64,000 nucleotides of DNA from the NCBI GenBank assembly GCA_016214885.1, contig JACRMP010000015.1:13420-77419 (forward strand), read 5' to 3'. Both the position numbers and the translations under genes were made by a program. Origin of the DNA: Candidatus Gottesmanbacteria bacterium (GTDB lineage: Bacteria > Patescibacteriota > Microgenomatia > UBA10105 > UBA927). This document shows positions 38,461 to 49,717 of this stretch, one piece after another; positions within the stretch are counted from its first letter, which is position 1, and each line of letters opens with the position of its first letter. The notes under the pieces are model-generated. The model was not told the origin of the DNA. It did not search any database and saw nothing but the letters and a program-made list of their open reading frames with translations.

Positions 38461-39181
38461 TATCGTGCTGCCGGTGTATAACGAGTCGGCAGAGTTACGG
38501 GGCAGTGTAACCACTCTCGTAAGGTTTTTAACGAAAAATCTTACGGATTTTTCGTGGCATATCACCATTGCCGATAATGCCAGCACAGACGATACGCTCA
38601 AAATCGGCAGGGATTTAAGCCGCACATACTCAAGGGTTTCCGTCGAGCACTTGTCTCAAAAAGGACGGGGAAGAGCTGTTAAGCATGTATGGAGAAAAGG
38701 CACGTATGACTATTTGGCATACATGGATATCGATCTTTCGACGGACCTTAAGCATTTTCCTCCGCTGCTTCATGCACTTGAGCGTGGCCTGGATATGGCC
38801 ATTGGCAGCAGGAATACCCGGGGATCCCGCGTATCCGGAAGGAGTGCCCTGCGTTCAGTTACTTCAAAGGGGTATATAAGTCTTATAAAGTTGTTTTTCT
38901 GGGTTCATTTTACCGACGCACAATGCGGGTTTAAGGCAGTAACCAGGAAGGTCGTTACCGATCTTATGCCGCACATTAAGGATAACGAGTGGTTTTTTGA
39001 CAGTGAACTTTTGATCGTCGGGGAAAAGAGCGGGTTTAGAATTTACGAGGAGCCGGTAACGTGGATCGATAACCCCGGTTCAACGGTGAGGGTTATGCGG
39101 ACAGCATTGGGAGATCTGAAGGGTCTATGGCGGTTGTTTGTAACCCGACCATGGAGAAAGATCGAGTATGCCAGACATTGA
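38432..39181 (+). CDS. GT2 polyprenol-phosphate glycosyltransferase
   Basis: LPVYNE, ADNASTD, KGRGRAV, YMDIDLSTDL, DAQCGFKA, WFFDSEL. Confidence 0.9.
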   Translation: MENESKPSVNIVLPVYNESAELRGSVTTLVRFLTKNLTDFSWHITIADNASTDDTLKIGRDLSRTYSRVSVEHLSQKGRGRAVKHVWRKGTYDYLAYMDIDLSTDLKHFPPLLHALERGLDMAIGSRNTRGSRVSGRSALRSVTSKGYISLIKLFFWVHFTDAQCGFKAVTRKVVTDLMPHIKDNEWFFDSELLIVGEKSGFRIYEEPVTWIDNPGSTVRVMRTALGDLKGLWRLFVTRPWRKIEYARH

Positions 39182-40619
39182 TATAGAGCTTATCAAGCGC
39201 CGGTCGGTGGTTGGTGTTGTGGCGCTCACCGCAAGAACGTTTTTGCTTCAGATTGTGGCGTTTGCCGCAACCTTCCTCCTTACGTTGTTTTTGTCTCCCG
39301 ATATATTCGGTGTTTTTTACGTAATATCCGCGATTATTTCTTTTTTGGCATACTTTTCCGATATCGGACTGGCCGCCGCATTAGTGCAGAAAAAAGAAGA
39401 AGTAACGCGTGAGGATCTGAGTACTACGTTCATCATCCAGCAGGCGTTGGTGATAACGCTTGTACTTATAAGTCTTATTTTTTCCGGGTATATTGCATCA
39501 TTTTACCGGCTGGATGAAGCTGGTGTGTGGCTTTTCCGGGCGCTCGCAGTGTCGTTTTTCTTTTCAAGCCTTAAGACAATTCCTTCGGTACTTCTGGAGC
39601 GCAGGCTTGCATTTGACCGTCTGGTGATCCCGCATATTGTGGAGACGCTGGGGTTTTATGGTGTTGCGGTATACCTTGCCTGGAAAGGCTTCGGTATCAC
39701 GAGTTTTACGTGGGCCGTGCTCATCCGCGGCATATTGGGGCTTATTACCATGTATATGGTGGAGCCATGGGTGCCGACGTTTGCTTTATCAAGGGAGAGC
39801 GCAAGAAAGCTTATGCGGTTCGGTCTGCCGTTCCAGATGAATTCATTTTTAGCCCTTCTTAAAGATGATCTGCTCACGGTATTTTTAGGCAGGGTGCTGC
39901 CGTTTGCACATGTCGGATATATCGGTTGGGCAAAAAAATGGGCAGAGGTGCCCCTTAGGCTTATCATGGATTCCGTGATCCGGGTGACTTTCCCGGCATA
40001 TTCACGTCTCCAACATGATAAGAAGCTGCTTGAGAAAGCCATAGATAAAACAATGTTCGGATTGTCCGCTGCGATTTTGCCCATATCAACCGGGTTGCTG
40101 TTCTTTGTTCATCCCATGGTGGAGCTTATTCCCAAGTACGCAAAATGGGAGCCCGCGTTGGTCTCGTTTTACCTGTTTGTATTTTCTTCGGCAATCGCTG
40201 CGTTATCAACACCTTTAATGAACGCCTTAAATGCCGTGGGCAATATCCGCACCACGTTAAAATTTATGGTGGGCTGGACAATATTCACCTGGGCATTTAC
40301 GCTGCTGTTCATGCAGTTTTTCGGCTATAACGGGGTAGCCCTTGCCCTCCTTGTCGTATCGCTGTCCATAACGCTGGTTATCAGGGAGGCAAAAAAGATA
40401 ACAGGGTTTTCGTTTATTGATAATACAAAAGGACCGGTTGCAGCAGCGGTAATTCAGGGGATTTTTTACTGGCAGCTGCTTCCTGCAGTCCCGCATACAT
40501 TTCCTGTTCTTTTGGTGAGCGGGATAAGCGGGGTTATACTATACGGGGGGGTTATGGGTATGCTGGAGAAAAACAGAATTAACGCGTTTATCAGCACCAT
40601 AAGAAGGAGTACACAATGA
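39168..40619 (+). CDS. wzx: Wzx-type oligosaccharide flippase
   Basis: About 12-14 TM; LSPDIFG, DIGLAAALVQK, LERRL.F, VTFPAYSRLQ. Confidence 0.88.
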   Translation: MPDIDIELIKRRSVVGVVALTARTFLLQIVAFAATFLLTLFLSPDIFGVFYVISAIISFLAYFSDIGLAAALVQKKEEVTREDLSTTFIIQQALVITLVLISLIFSGYIASFYRLDEAGVWLFRALAVSFFFSSLKTIPSVLLERRLAFDRLVIPHIVETLGFYGVAVYLAWKGFGITSFTWAVLIRGILGLITMYMVEPWVPTFALSRESARKLMRFGLPFQMNSFLALLKDDLLTVFLGRVLPFAHVGYIGWAKKWAEVPLRLIMDSVIRVTFPAYSRLQHDKKLLEKAIDKTMFGLSAAILPISTGLLFFVHPMVELIPKYAKWEPALVSFYLFVFSSAIAALSTPLMNALNAVGNIRTTLKFMVGWTIFTWAFTLLFMQFFGYNGVALALLVVSLSITLVIREAKKITGFSFIDNTKGPVAAAVIQGIFYWQLLPAVPHTFPVLLVSGISGVILYGGVMGMLEKNRINAFISTIRRSTQ

Positions 40620-41521
40620 ATATAAGTGTTGTTATCAGTACCTACAACAGAGCTGACAGTCTGGCAAGAACGCTTGCCTCCCTGCGTCCGCTGGATCCTG
40701 AAATAATTGTTATTGATAACGAGTCTTCTGATGCAACTTCCGAAGTGGCGAAGCGATACCACGCCAAAGTGTTTAAGCGGCCGAATAATCTGATGCTTAA
40801 TGTGAACAAAAACTTCGGTTTTTCCAAAGCTACCGGCGACTGGATTCTTTGTTTGGATGACGACGAAGAACTGACCCCTGAGTTAGCACGCGAGATAAAG
40901 GATGCAATAAAGACCGACAGGGTTGCAGGATTCTGGATTCCGAGGAAAAACATCATCTTCGGCAAGTGGATGAAGTATGGCATTTGGTGGCCGGACCGGC
41001 AGCTTCGGCTTTTCCGTCGCGGGGAAGGCAAGTATGCGGAAAAGCATGTCCATGAGTATGTTGAGGTAGCCGGTATGACCGAAACGCTTACCAGCGCGTA
41101 TACCCACCATAACTACGATTCTATCAGTCAGTATCTCAACAAAATGCAGAACATATACACGGAAAACGAATTAAAGAAATACGAAGCCGCAGGCTATCGG
41201 GTGAGCTGGCGTGATGCGGTACGGTTTCCGGTTTCTGATTTTCTGAAGCTATATTTCGCGCAGAGTGGTTACAAGGATGGTTTGCACGGGTTGGTACTGG
41301 CTATGTTGCAGGCGTTTTATTCGTTCGTAATTTTTGTAAAACTCTGGGAGAAAGAAAAATTCCGCGAGATAGATATCTACCCTGATCACGCAATGGGGGA
41401 ATTCGCTCATTCCGGCAAAGAGATTTCGTATTGGATAACTACAACAAAAATCCGCGAAGCAACAAACCCGCTTGCTAAGTGGTGGTATACGATTATCCGT
41501 AAAGTGCTCAATACACCATGA
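40616..41521 (+). CDS. GT2 glycosyltransferase (beta-1,4-glucosyltransferase-like)
   Basis: IDNESSD, GDWILCLDDDE, WPDRQLRLF, VHE, GYKDG.HG. Confidence 0.88.
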   Translation: MNISVVISTYNRADSLARTLASLRPLDPEIIVIDNESSDATSEVAKRYHAKVFKRPNNLMLNVNKNFGFSKATGDWILCLDDDEELTPELAREIKDAIKTDRVAGFWIPRKNIIFGKWMKYGIWWPDRQLRLFRRGEGKYAEKHVHEYVEVAGMTETLTSAYTHHNYDSISQYLNKMQNIYTENELKKYEAAGYRVSWRDAVRFPVSDFLKLYFAQSGYKDGLHGLVLAMLQAFYSFVIFVKLWEKEKFREIDIYPDHAMGEFAHSGKEISYWITTTKIREATNPLAKWWYTIIRKVLNTP

Positions 41522-42438
41522 CAAACGTCGCGATAGTTATCGTAAATTGGAACGGGTATGCCGATACCTCGGCGAGCCTCGCGTCGCTTCTTAAACTGAA
41601 TAAACGGGGAATGAATGTGGAAACTATCGTTGTTGATAACGGTTCCACCAACGGCTCTGTGGCGATATTATCTAAAGCGCACCCGTGGGTTACTCTCTTG
41701 CGCCTGGATGAAAACTTGGGATTTACGGGAGGAAATAATACAGGGATAACCTATGCGATGAAGCGCGGTGCAGACTACATCTGGCTTATTAATAACGATA
41801 CGATTGTTGATCCCGGCGCGTTAAGTCTCGTAGATGCATTTGAGGATCCTGCCGTCGGTATTGCCGGTTCTAAGATTTATTTTGCACCAGGACATGAATA
41901 TCATAGCGACCGGTATAAAAAAAACGAGCGAGGACGTGTGTTTTGGTTTGCCGGAGGGCTCATTGACTGGGCAAATATATATGCATCACATCGCGGGGTA
42001 GATGAGGTTGACCGGGGGCAATACGATGAGGCGATGGATACCCCATTTGTGACGGGTTGTTCGATGATGATTAAAAGGAGCGTTGTGGAAAAAATCGGCC
42101 TACTGGATAACAAGTTTTATCTGTATCTTGAGGACTTGGATTATTGCCTTAGGGCAAATGCCAAAGGCTTCCGGCTCCGTTATTTCCCCAAGTCGGTGAT
42201 TTGGCATGTAAATGCGGGTTCATCAGGAGGAGCGGGAAGTCCGTTACATGACTATTACATCACCAGGAATAGATTATTGGTCGGGATGCGGTATGCATCG
42301 TTCAGAACTAAAATAGCGCTTCTGCGTGAAGGAATCACATTTTTAAAAAGTGGCAATCGGGAGAAGAAAAAAGCAGTGTCAGATTTTATATGGGGCCGGT
42401 GGGGGAAACAATATGAGTCCAAAAAAACAAACGCTTAG
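41518..42438 (+). CDS. GT2 glycosyltransferase (rhamnosyltransferase-like)
   Basis: IVNWNG, VDNGS, NLGFTGGNN, INNDT, YLEDLDYC, WH. Confidence 0.9.
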   Translation: MTNVAIVIVNWNGYADTSASLASLLKLNKRGMNVETIVVDNGSTNGSVAILSKAHPWVTLLRLDENLGFTGGNNTGITYAMKRGADYIWLINNDTIVDPGALSLVDAFEDPAVGIAGSKIYFAPGHEYHSDRYKKNERGRVFWFAGGLIDWANIYASHRGVDEVDRGQYDEAMDTPFVTGCSMMIKRSVVEKIGLLDNKFYLYLEDLDYCLRANAKGFRLRYFPKSVIWHVNAGSSGGAGSPLHDYYITRNRLLVGMRYASFRTKIALLREGITFLKSGNREKKKAVSDFIWGRWGKQYESKKTNA

Positions 42439-43174
42439 CGCTGTAGTCATCGCAAAGAACGAAGAACCGCGTATTGCCAAGTGCATTGCGGCGCTCACGT
42501 TTGCCGATGAAATAATTGTCGTTGATAACAGCTCGACAGATAAGACCGCAGCTCTTGCCAAAAAAGCAGGCGCGGTCGTGAAGCTATTGAAAGCTGACGG
42601 GTTTGCGAAGATCCGTAATACCGCGGCGGAATATATTTCTACCGATTGGGTGCTCTATGTGGATGCGGACGAGGTGGTGACATCGCGACTTGCTTCAGAA
42701 ATTTCCCGCGTAATAAATATTAAGGGAAGTGAGACGGGATTTGAGATATACAGAAAAAATTACTATCTGGGAGAGCCCTGGCCAGCCGGAGAATGGATGC
42801 TCCGGTTATTCCGTAAAGATGCGCTTGTCGGTTGGCAGGGGGAACTCCATGAAACTGCAGTAATAAAGGGTCCGGTGGGGAGGATAAAGGGTGAACTTCT
42901 CCATGATACCCATAGAACTTTAGCCGGAATGGTGGAGAAAACAAACGAATGGAGCGAAACAGAAGCAGCGCTCCGGTTTGCCGCGCGTCACCCGCCGATT
43001 ACCTGGTGGCGGATAATCCGGGTGACACTCACCGGGTTTTGGAATTCGTATATCGGACAGCAGGGATTCCGGGCAGGAACAGTAGGTTGGATAGAGAGCA
43101 TCTACCAGGGGTTCAGTCTGTTTATTACCTACGCAAAATTGTGGGAATTACAGCAAAGACGACCGCATGAATAA
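42413..43174 (+). CDS. GT2 glycosyltransferase
   Basis: IAKNEE..I..C, VDNSSTD, WVLYVDADE, LRLF, LHE. Confidence 0.88.
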   Translation: MSPKKQTLSAVVIAKNEEPRIAKCIAALTFADEIIVVDNSSTDKTAALAKKAGAVVKLLKADGFAKIRNTAAEYISTDWVLYVDADEVVTSRLASEISRVINIKGSETGFEIYRKNYYLGEPWPAGEWMLRLFRKDALVGWQGELHETAVIKGPVGRIKGELLHDTHRTLAGMVEKTNEWSETEAALRFAARHPPITWWRIIRVTLTGFWNSYIGQQGFRAGTVGWIESIYQGFSLFITYAKLWELQQRRPHE

Positions 43175-45479
43175 ATTATTTTTACGATTTTGGCCGGTTG
43201 GAATCATTCTTGTACTGTGGCTTATGTTCAGTGCTCCGTATGTAATCCGCGGGCATATTCCTTTTCCGTCTACCTATCTTGTTACCTTTTTTACCCCGTG
43301 GGCAGCAACCCATGGCATGCCGGTCAAAAATAACGCAATGCCTGATGTTATCACGCAAATTTATCCCTGGAAGCGCGTGACCATAGATGCATGGAAAAAC
43401 GGTGAAATCCCGTTGTGGAACCCATATAGCTTCTCCGGAACAAGTCATGTCGGCACGTATCAGAGCGCAGTATTTTCTCCAGTTAATGCATTATTTTTGT
43501 GGCTTCCGGAGAAAGATGCATGGAGTATTATGATACTTCTGCAGCCGCTGCTTGCCGGAATATTTATGTACGGATATCTGCGGCTACTTTCTGTTAGCCG
43601 TACCAGCGCAGTTGTAGGATCTACAGCGTTTATGTTCTGCGGGTTTATGACCGTGTGGCTGGCGTACGGCACCCTCTCCTACGCGGTACTGTATTTGCCG
43701 CTTATCCTTTATGGAATCCACCGGTATATGACGGAAGAAGTCCGCATGGGAGGAATAGTTGCCGCGGCAGGGCTGATGCTTTCGTTTGTGTCGGGGCATT
43801 TCCAGATGAGTGCGTACGTCCTGTTGTTTAGCGTAAGTTACGCGTTGTACCTCGGGTTGCGGGCAGGAAATAGCCGCAGGCTTTTGTGGATGCTGCTGCC
43901 GCTCCTCTGCGGAGTAGGTTTGGCAGCTCCCCAGCTTTTCCCCGGCTTTATGGCATACAAAGAAGCAGTGAGGAGTAGCTTGTTCCTCAAGGGTGAGGTG
44001 ATTCCCTGGCAGTATATCGTTACGCTGTTTTCTCCCGATTTTTACGGCAATCCGGTGACAAGAAACGATTGGTTCGGGCATTATGCCGAATGGGCAGGCT
44101 ATGTAGGAGTGGCACCATTGTTACTTGCGGCTTTCGCGCTTATAGGTAAAGGGAAAAAATATCCCGCCGTTTTTTTTGCAGCTGCAGCGGGGGTAATCCT
44201 GCTTTTCGCATTCCAAACTCCTTTAGTTGATCTGTTATTTGCATTAAAGATACCCGTTTTATCGACCAGTTCGGCTTCACGGATTATCGTCCTTTTAAGT
44301 TTTTCGCTTGCTGTACTTTCGGCTATTGGTCTTGATGAGTTGGTAGTCCGGTGGGATAAACGTGAATTCACCTCCGTCCGCCGCTGGTTGATTGGCACTG
44401 GCATTATCCTTGTCGTGATTTGGTCAGTGGTAGTACTGGTGAAGCCTTTGCCTACGGATAAGCTTACCGTGGCAGTAAGAAATACGATACTTCCTACCTT
44501 ATTTGCTGTAGCGAGTTTGGCTGTTGCAGGATTAGGTATGTATCTGCCAAAAAAAATCCGGAGCGTACTCCCTTTTGTGCTTGTGCTGATTACCGGAATA
44601 GATATGTACAGGTTTTCATCAAAATGGATGCCGTTTGATCCTGCTGAATTTGTGTATCCCACTATTCCCGTTATCGGGAAACTGCAGTCGCTTGTTGCCG
44701 TTACCAGGGGAAGGGTTTTCGGAAATATCGGAAACGAACTAGGATCTGCGTTCGGTATTCCGCTTATCGAGGGATATGATGCCGTATATCAATACCGTTA
44801 TGGCAGATTTATGTCTGCGGCAAGCAACGGCACAATCCGGGGGGTAGACCGGTCGGTTGTCGTGTTCGATAAACACGGCCAGTATACCGAGGACATTCTG
44901 CAGCTCTTGGGTGTGCGGTATTATGCCCATAAAAAAAGTGACGGCAGATTCCCTTGGGCATATCCGTTTTGGGAATACCCGCAGTATCAGCGGATTTGGG
45001 AAGATGAACATTTTGAGATATTGGAAAATGCCGAAAGCTTTCCGCGAGCATTTCTTGCTTCCTCCTATGTAGTAAAAACTGAAGAGCAGGAAATACTGAA
45101 TGCATTGTTTGAAGACACGCTGGACAGACGGGAAACACTTGTTCTGGAAAAGAAGCCAAAACTGGAACCGCAGTCAGGGATGGGTACCGCAACCATATCA
45201 TCCTACCGGCCGGCGGAAGTTGTGATAGACGTTGCGACAGAGAAGCCGAAATTATTATTTCTTTCCGACGTATACGATGAAGGATGGAGGGCATCTGTTG
45301 ATGGCAGGGAAACGGAGATTTACAGGGCAGATTTTGATTTTCGCGCCGTCGCAGTACCGGAAGGATCCCATACCGTCCGTATGTGGTATGCCCCGCTCAG
45401 TATTTATTGGGGATATGCAGGTACGGGATTTGCTACACTGGGATTAGTGCTATTCATGGTATGGAAACGAAAAAAATGA
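43167..45479 (+). CDS. YfhO-family GT-C membrane protein
   Basis: D...Q.YPW, PLWNPY.FSG, SGHFQ, IEGYD, FPRAF, Y.EGWRA.VDG, AVPEG.H. Confidence 0.87.
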   Translation: MNKLFLRFWPVGIILVLWLMFSAPYVIRGHIPFPSTYLVTFFTPWAATHGMPVKNNAMPDVITQIYPWKRVTIDAWKNGEIPLWNPYSFSGTSHVGTYQSAVFSPVNALFLWLPEKDAWSIMILLQPLLAGIFMYGYLRLLSVSRTSAVVGSTAFMFCGFMTVWLAYGTLSYAVLYLPLILYGIHRYMTEEVRMGGIVAAAGLMLSFVSGHFQMSAYVLLFSVSYALYLGLRAGNSRRLLWMLLPLLCGVGLAAPQLFPGFMAYKEAVRSSLFLKGEVIPWQYIVTLFSPDFYGNPVTRNDWFGHYAEWAGYVGVAPLLLAAFALIGKGKKYPAVFFAAAAGVILLFAFQTPLVDLLFALKIPVLSTSSASRIIVLLSFSLAVLSAIGLDELVVRWDKREFTSVRRWLIGTGIILVVIWSVVVLVKPLPTDKLTVAVRNTILPTLFAVASLAVAGLGMYLPKKIRSVLPFVLVLITGIDMYRFSSKWMPFDPAEFVYPTIPVIGKLQSLVAVTRGRVFGNIGNELGSAFGIPLIEGYDAVYQYRYGRFMSAASNGTIRGVDRSVVVFDKHGQYTEDILQLLGVRYYAHKKSDGRFPWAYPFWEYPQYQRIWEDEHFEILENAESFPRAFLASSYVVKTEEQEILNALFEDTLDRRETLVLEKKPKLEPQSGMGTATISSYRPAEVVIDVATEKPKLLFLSDVYDEGWRASVDGRETEIYRADFDFRAVAVPEGSHTVRMWYAPLSIYWGYAGTGFATLGLVLFMVWKRKK

Positions 45480-46528
45480 AAATTGGTTTTTATAACCCAT
45501 ATTTTGACGGAATGGGCGGCGGCGAACGGTATACCCTCACACTTGCGGGGCATTGGTCGCAACCCCACGACGTTGTTTTGTTCTGGGACGATCCGAAAAT
45601 TATCAGCAAGTCAGAAAAGCGCTTTGGTCTGGATTTAAGCCGTGTTCGGGTGACGCCGAATATATTTAAGAATGCCAATATTTTTGAGAAGTTGTGGCAG
45701 TCCAGAAAATATGATTTGATTTTTTTTCTGAGTGACGGCAGCATACCTGCGACCATGGCTAAGCATAACATTCTTCATTTCCAGGTGCCGTTTGCATCGG
45801 TGTTAGCCGACCCTTGGAAGTTAAAGCGCTATGATGCAGTGGTTTGTAATTCGGAATTTACGAAAAATGAATTGGATCCTCAGGTAGGTATGAATGCGGT
45901 GGTGATATATCCACCGGTTCAGCGGATTCCCGCCGGAAGGAACGTAGAACGGAATAATCAAATTCTTTCAGTCGGCAGATTTACCGGTCATTTTCAGGCA
46001 AAAAAACAGGAAGTGCTTATTTCGGCATTCCGTGAGGGGTATCAAAGCGGCGCGCTCAGGGACTGGGAATTGGTATTGGCAGGCGGGCTACTTGCTTCCG
46101 ATCAGGAGTATTTCGAAAAACTTTCGCGGCTTGTAACAGGTATTCCTGTCCGCCTTATGGCGAATATTACTAATGATGAGCTGATAGCCCTGTATCAGAC
46201 AAGCAGAGTTTACTGGCACGCTGCCGGGTACGGGGAAACAGATCCTGCCAATATGGAACATTTCGGTATTACGACCGCCGAAGCGATGGGGGCAGGGGTA
46301 GTCCCGGTGGTGTATGGTGCAGGCGGGCAGTTGGAAATCGTTACTGACAATATAAACGGTATGATCTGGCAAACCCCAAATGAACTGATTGAAAAAACAA
46401 AGATACTAGGGGAAGACAAGAAACTCTATGAAAAATTAGTGAGTGGTGGACGGGTGAGATCCGATGACTTCAGTGTCACCGAGTTTACGCGTGCCTTTGA
46501 TGTGTTGATTGCCGGTTGGGGGAAATAG
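45476..46528 (+). CDS. GT4 glycosyltransferase
   Basis: GGGERY, NSEFT, IYPPV, SVGRF, EHFGITTAEAMGAG. Confidence 0.92.
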   Translation: MKIGFYNPYFDGMGGGERYTLTLAGHWSQPHDVVLFWDDPKIISKSEKRFGLDLSRVRVTPNIFKNANIFEKLWQSRKYDLIFFLSDGSIPATMAKHNILHFQVPFASVLADPWKLKRYDAVVCNSEFTKNELDPQVGMNAVVIYPPVQRIPAGRNVERNNQILSVGRFTGHFQAKKQEVLISAFREGYQSGALRDWELVLAGGLLASDQEYFEKLSRLVTGIPVRLMANITNDELIALYQTSRVYWHAAGYGETDPANMEHFGITTAEAMGAGVVPVVYGAGGQLEIVTDNINGMIWQTPNELIEKTKILGEDKKLYEKLVSGGRVRSDDFSVTEFTRAFDVLIAGWGK

Positions 46529-46531
46529 GGT

Positions 46532-48781
46532 ATGAAATACTTACGCGTGTGGTATGTACTAGGAGCGTCTATTGCACTGATTTGTGTATTTTTTTACCAA
46601 ACGCTATTTTACGGCAAGCTCCCTGTCCCATCGGATACGCTTGTCGGGTTGTATCATCCGTGGCGTGATTTGTATGCCAAAGAATACCCCCGCGGGATAC
46701 CGTATAAAAATTTTCTTATCACTGACCCCGTACGTCAGCAGATACCGTGGCGCAAAGTCGTAATGGATGCATGGAAAAACGGCAGCGCTCCCACGATAAA
46801 TGCATTCACATTTGCGGGAGCACCCATAGATGCGAATGTACAGGCTGCTCCGTTTTATCCTTTAAATATTCTGTTCCTTCTGCTGCCATTTTCCGCGGCG
46901 TGGACCCTGCTTATCATGCTTCAGCCCTTTTTAGCCGGGATTTTTCTTTATATGTATCTACGGCGCCATGCACTTTCGGTGGCAGCGGCTTTTACCGGGG
47001 CTATGTCGTGGGCTTTTGGGGGGTTCGCGGTAGCCTGGCTTACCTGGGGCACCATCATGCATACTGCGTTATGGCTTCCCCTTATGCTACTGTCCGTGGA
47101 CAATCTAGTTCTTGCCGATAAAAAGAAGGCATTTTATGCCAAATGGACGATGGTGTTGGCTACCGCAGGTATCATGACAATTCTTGCAGGGCACATCCAG
47201 GTAGCGCTTTATAGCGGCCTTGCAGTGTGTGCGTACATGATATGGAAGCGGAAGGATATCACGGGCAGGCGGCATTATCCATGGATAGTGCTCGCGATCC
47301 TTGCCGTTGTGGTGGTGACGGCTATCCAATGGGTACCCCTCGTTTCATTTTTTTCTGAATCGGGAAGGGCGTCCGCTTCGGCTTCTTATCTTAAAGCCGG
47401 CTGGTTTGTGCCTTGGCAGCATTTGGCACAGTTTGTGGCTCCCGATTTTTTCGGGAATCCGGCGACCCTCAATTACTGGGGCGAGTGGAATTACGGGGAA
47501 TTTGTGGGCTACGTCGGTATAATTCCTTTGGTGTTTGCAATAAGTGCGTTGTTTTCGGGCGGCATACCGGGATTCTTCACCAGTGTCATCATAGTATGTC
47601 TTTTGGGTATACTGCAAAGCCCGCTAAGCCGCTTGCCGTTTGTCTTGGAGCTGCCGGTTCTATCGGTCATGCAGCCTACCCGGCTTATGGTACTCCTGGA
47701 TTTTGCTCTTTCTGTGCTTGCCGCATATGGCCTCGATACATTTCTCAAAGGGGGGCGGCGAAAATTACGTGTTGGCGTCGCGGTAACCGCCGTATTTTTG
47801 GGTATACTTTGGGTGATAGTGCTTGGGGCTAAATATATAGGCGCTGACTCAGCGACCCTTGCCAATCTTACGGTCGCAAAACGGAATCTTGTGATACCGA
47901 CCGGTATATTCGGCTTTTTGGCCATCTTGCTTGTTATATTTTCACGTGTCAGATATGCGTTATGGAAATATCTGGGAATTACCGCTGTATGCATGGTTAT
48001 TGTATTTGACCTGTTCCGGTTCGGGTGGAAGTTTACTCCGTTTACCGATCCCGCGTACTTTTTCCCCAAAACAGGCATTATCAGTTTTTTGGAGCAGCAG
48101 GATCCTCCGTTTAGAGTGATGAGTCTTGATGACAGGATTCTACCACCGAATGTAAGCGCATATTACGGTATCGAATCGGTAGAAGGGTATGATCCGGTAG
48201 CATCGGTGCTGTACGAGAATTTTTTGGCGGCCAGCGAACGGGGAAATGCAAATGTTATGCAAGGATCCGGATTTAATCGGATTTATACTGCTCACAATAT
48301 CGATTCGGTTCTTTTGCCGTATCTTAACGTAAAGTATGTTTTGACACTTACCGATATTTCCCGTCCCTTTTTACGGGAAGTTATGCGTGAAGGGGAAACA
48401 AGGCTATATGAATATACGCAAAGCTATCCACGGGTATATCTTGCTGACGCGGTACAGGTTGCCAAGGGGGCTGATACGCTGGCTAAACTATTTGCATCGG
48501 AAACTAAATATACAGCAGTGTATGACGGATATCCGCATGTGGTAAACATGCCTCTTACCGGCAACGAATCTGCGGAAATACTATCATATAGCGCCGGTAG
48601 CATTGCTGTACGGGTGCACGCAGAAAATGAACGCCTCCTTGTCTTATTAAACCGTTTTGACCGCCGGTGGACCGCCACGGTAGACGGACTAAAGGCACCC
48701 AATCTCACCCGGGTGAACTATCTTTTTATGGGATTAAAAGTATCTCCCGGCAGTCATGATATTATATTGTCGTACCGTTGA
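46532..48781 (+). CDS. YfhO-family GT-C membrane protein
   Basis: DPVRQQIPW, FYPLN, AGHIQ, PDFFGNP, VEGYDP, YPRVY. Confidence 0.85.
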   Translation: MKYLRVWYVLGASIALICVFFYQTLFYGKLPVPSDTLVGLYHPWRDLYAKEYPRGIPYKNFLITDPVRQQIPWRKVVMDAWKNGSAPTINAFTFAGAPIDANVQAAPFYPLNILFLLLPFSAAWTLLIMLQPFLAGIFLYMYLRRHALSVAAAFTGAMSWAFGGFAVAWLTWGTIMHTALWLPLMLLSVDNLVLADKKKAFYAKWTMVLATAGIMTILAGHIQVALYSGLAVCAYMIWKRKDITGRRHYPWIVLAILAVVVVTAIQWVPLVSFFSESGRASASASYLKAGWFVPWQHLAQFVAPDFFGNPATLNYWGEWNYGEFVGYVGIIPLVFAISALFSGGIPGFFTSVIIVCLLGILQSPLSRLPFVLELPVLSVMQPTRLMVLLDFALSVLAAYGLDTFLKGGRRKLRVGVAVTAVFLGILWVIVLGAKYIGADSATLANLTVAKRNLVIPTGIFGFLAILLVIFSRVRYALWKYLGITAVCMVIVFDLFRFGWKFTPFTDPAYFFPKTGIISFLEQQDPPFRVMSLDDRILPPNVSAYYGIESVEGYDPVASVLYENFLAASERGNANVMQGSGFNRIYTAHNIDSVLLPYLNVKYVLTLTDISRPFLREVMREGETRLYEYTQSYPRVYLADAVQVAKGADTLAKLFASETKYTAVYDGYPHVVNMPLTGNESAEILSYSAGSIAVRVHAENERLLVLLNRFDRRWTATVDGLKAPNLTRVNYLFMGLKVSPGSHDIILSYR

Positions 48782-48793
48782 GTTACTTCACCC

Positions 48794-49711
48794 ATGAAAA
48801 AAGCACCATTATCCGTAAGCATTGTTATCCCTAATTGGAACGGGGCGGCATTACTCCGTAAAAATCTTCCTGCGGTTATTGCAGCAGCAAACGGCGCTCA
48901 AATAATAGTTGCCGATGATGCATCAGAGGACGAATCGGTGAAACTTCTTGCGGATTTGTTTCCGGAAGTGTCCGTTGTTGCCAGCTCTACCCGTCAGGGT
49001 TTTTCCGGAAATATAAACAACGGGGTAGCCAATGCAACCGGTGACATTATCATTCTTCTTAACACTGATGTGCGGCCGAATAAGGATTTTATTCCTCCCC
49101 TGATCGCCCGGTTTTCTGATCCGAGAGTGGCGGCAGTGGGGTGTTTAGAAGAAAGCCATGAGCCGGAGGGCGTGGTGAAACGCGGCAGGGGAATCGCACG
49201 GTGGGAAAAAGGGTTCTTTGTGCATTCCCGCGGAGAAGTAAACGCTACTGATACCGCATGGGTTTCCGGAGGAAGCAGCGCTTTCAGAAGAAGTGTCTGG
49301 CAGGAACTGGGAGGCATGGATACCGTGTATAATCCGTTTTATTGGGAAGATATAGATCTATCTTACCAGATACTTAAATCGGGGTATACCATTATGTTTG
49401 AACCAAAAAGTGTCGTAGGGCATTACCATGAGGAAGGAAAAATAAAAACATCGTTTACCCCTTCGGACATTAAGCGTATTGTTTACAGAAACCAGTTTAT
49501 TTTTCTTTGGAAAAACATCTCAGACCCTTCGCTATGGGCAGTTCATTGCCTATGGATGCCGGTACGGCTGGCGCAGGCGCTGCTTCGTGGTGACATGCTT
49601 ATGTTGCAGGGGTATGGTATGGTACTACCCCGCTTAATAGATGTGTATAAAAGCAGAAACAGGGCGTCCGTCCACTGGCGCCGTAAAGACCGCGAAATAT
49701 TCCCATACTAA
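48794..49711 (+). CDS. GT2 glycosyltransferase
   Basis: IPNWNG, DDASED, GF..N.N.G, LLNTD, YWEDIDLS. Confidence 0.9.
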   Translation: MKKAPLSVSIVIPNWNGAALLRKNLPAVIAAANGAQIIVADDASEDESVKLLADLFPEVSVVASSTRQGFSGNINNGVANATGDIIILLNTDVRPNKDFIPPLIARFSDPRVAAVGCLEESHEPEGVVKRGRGIARWEKGFFVHSRGEVNATDTAWVSGGSSAFRRSVWQELGGMDTVYNPFYWEDIDLSYQILKSGYTIMFEPKSVVGHYHEEGKIKTSFTPSDIKRIVYRNQFIFLWKNISDPSLWAVHCLWMPVRLAQALLRGDMLMLQGYGMVLPRLIDVYKSRNRASVHWRRKDREIFPY

Positions 49712-49717
49712 CCCACT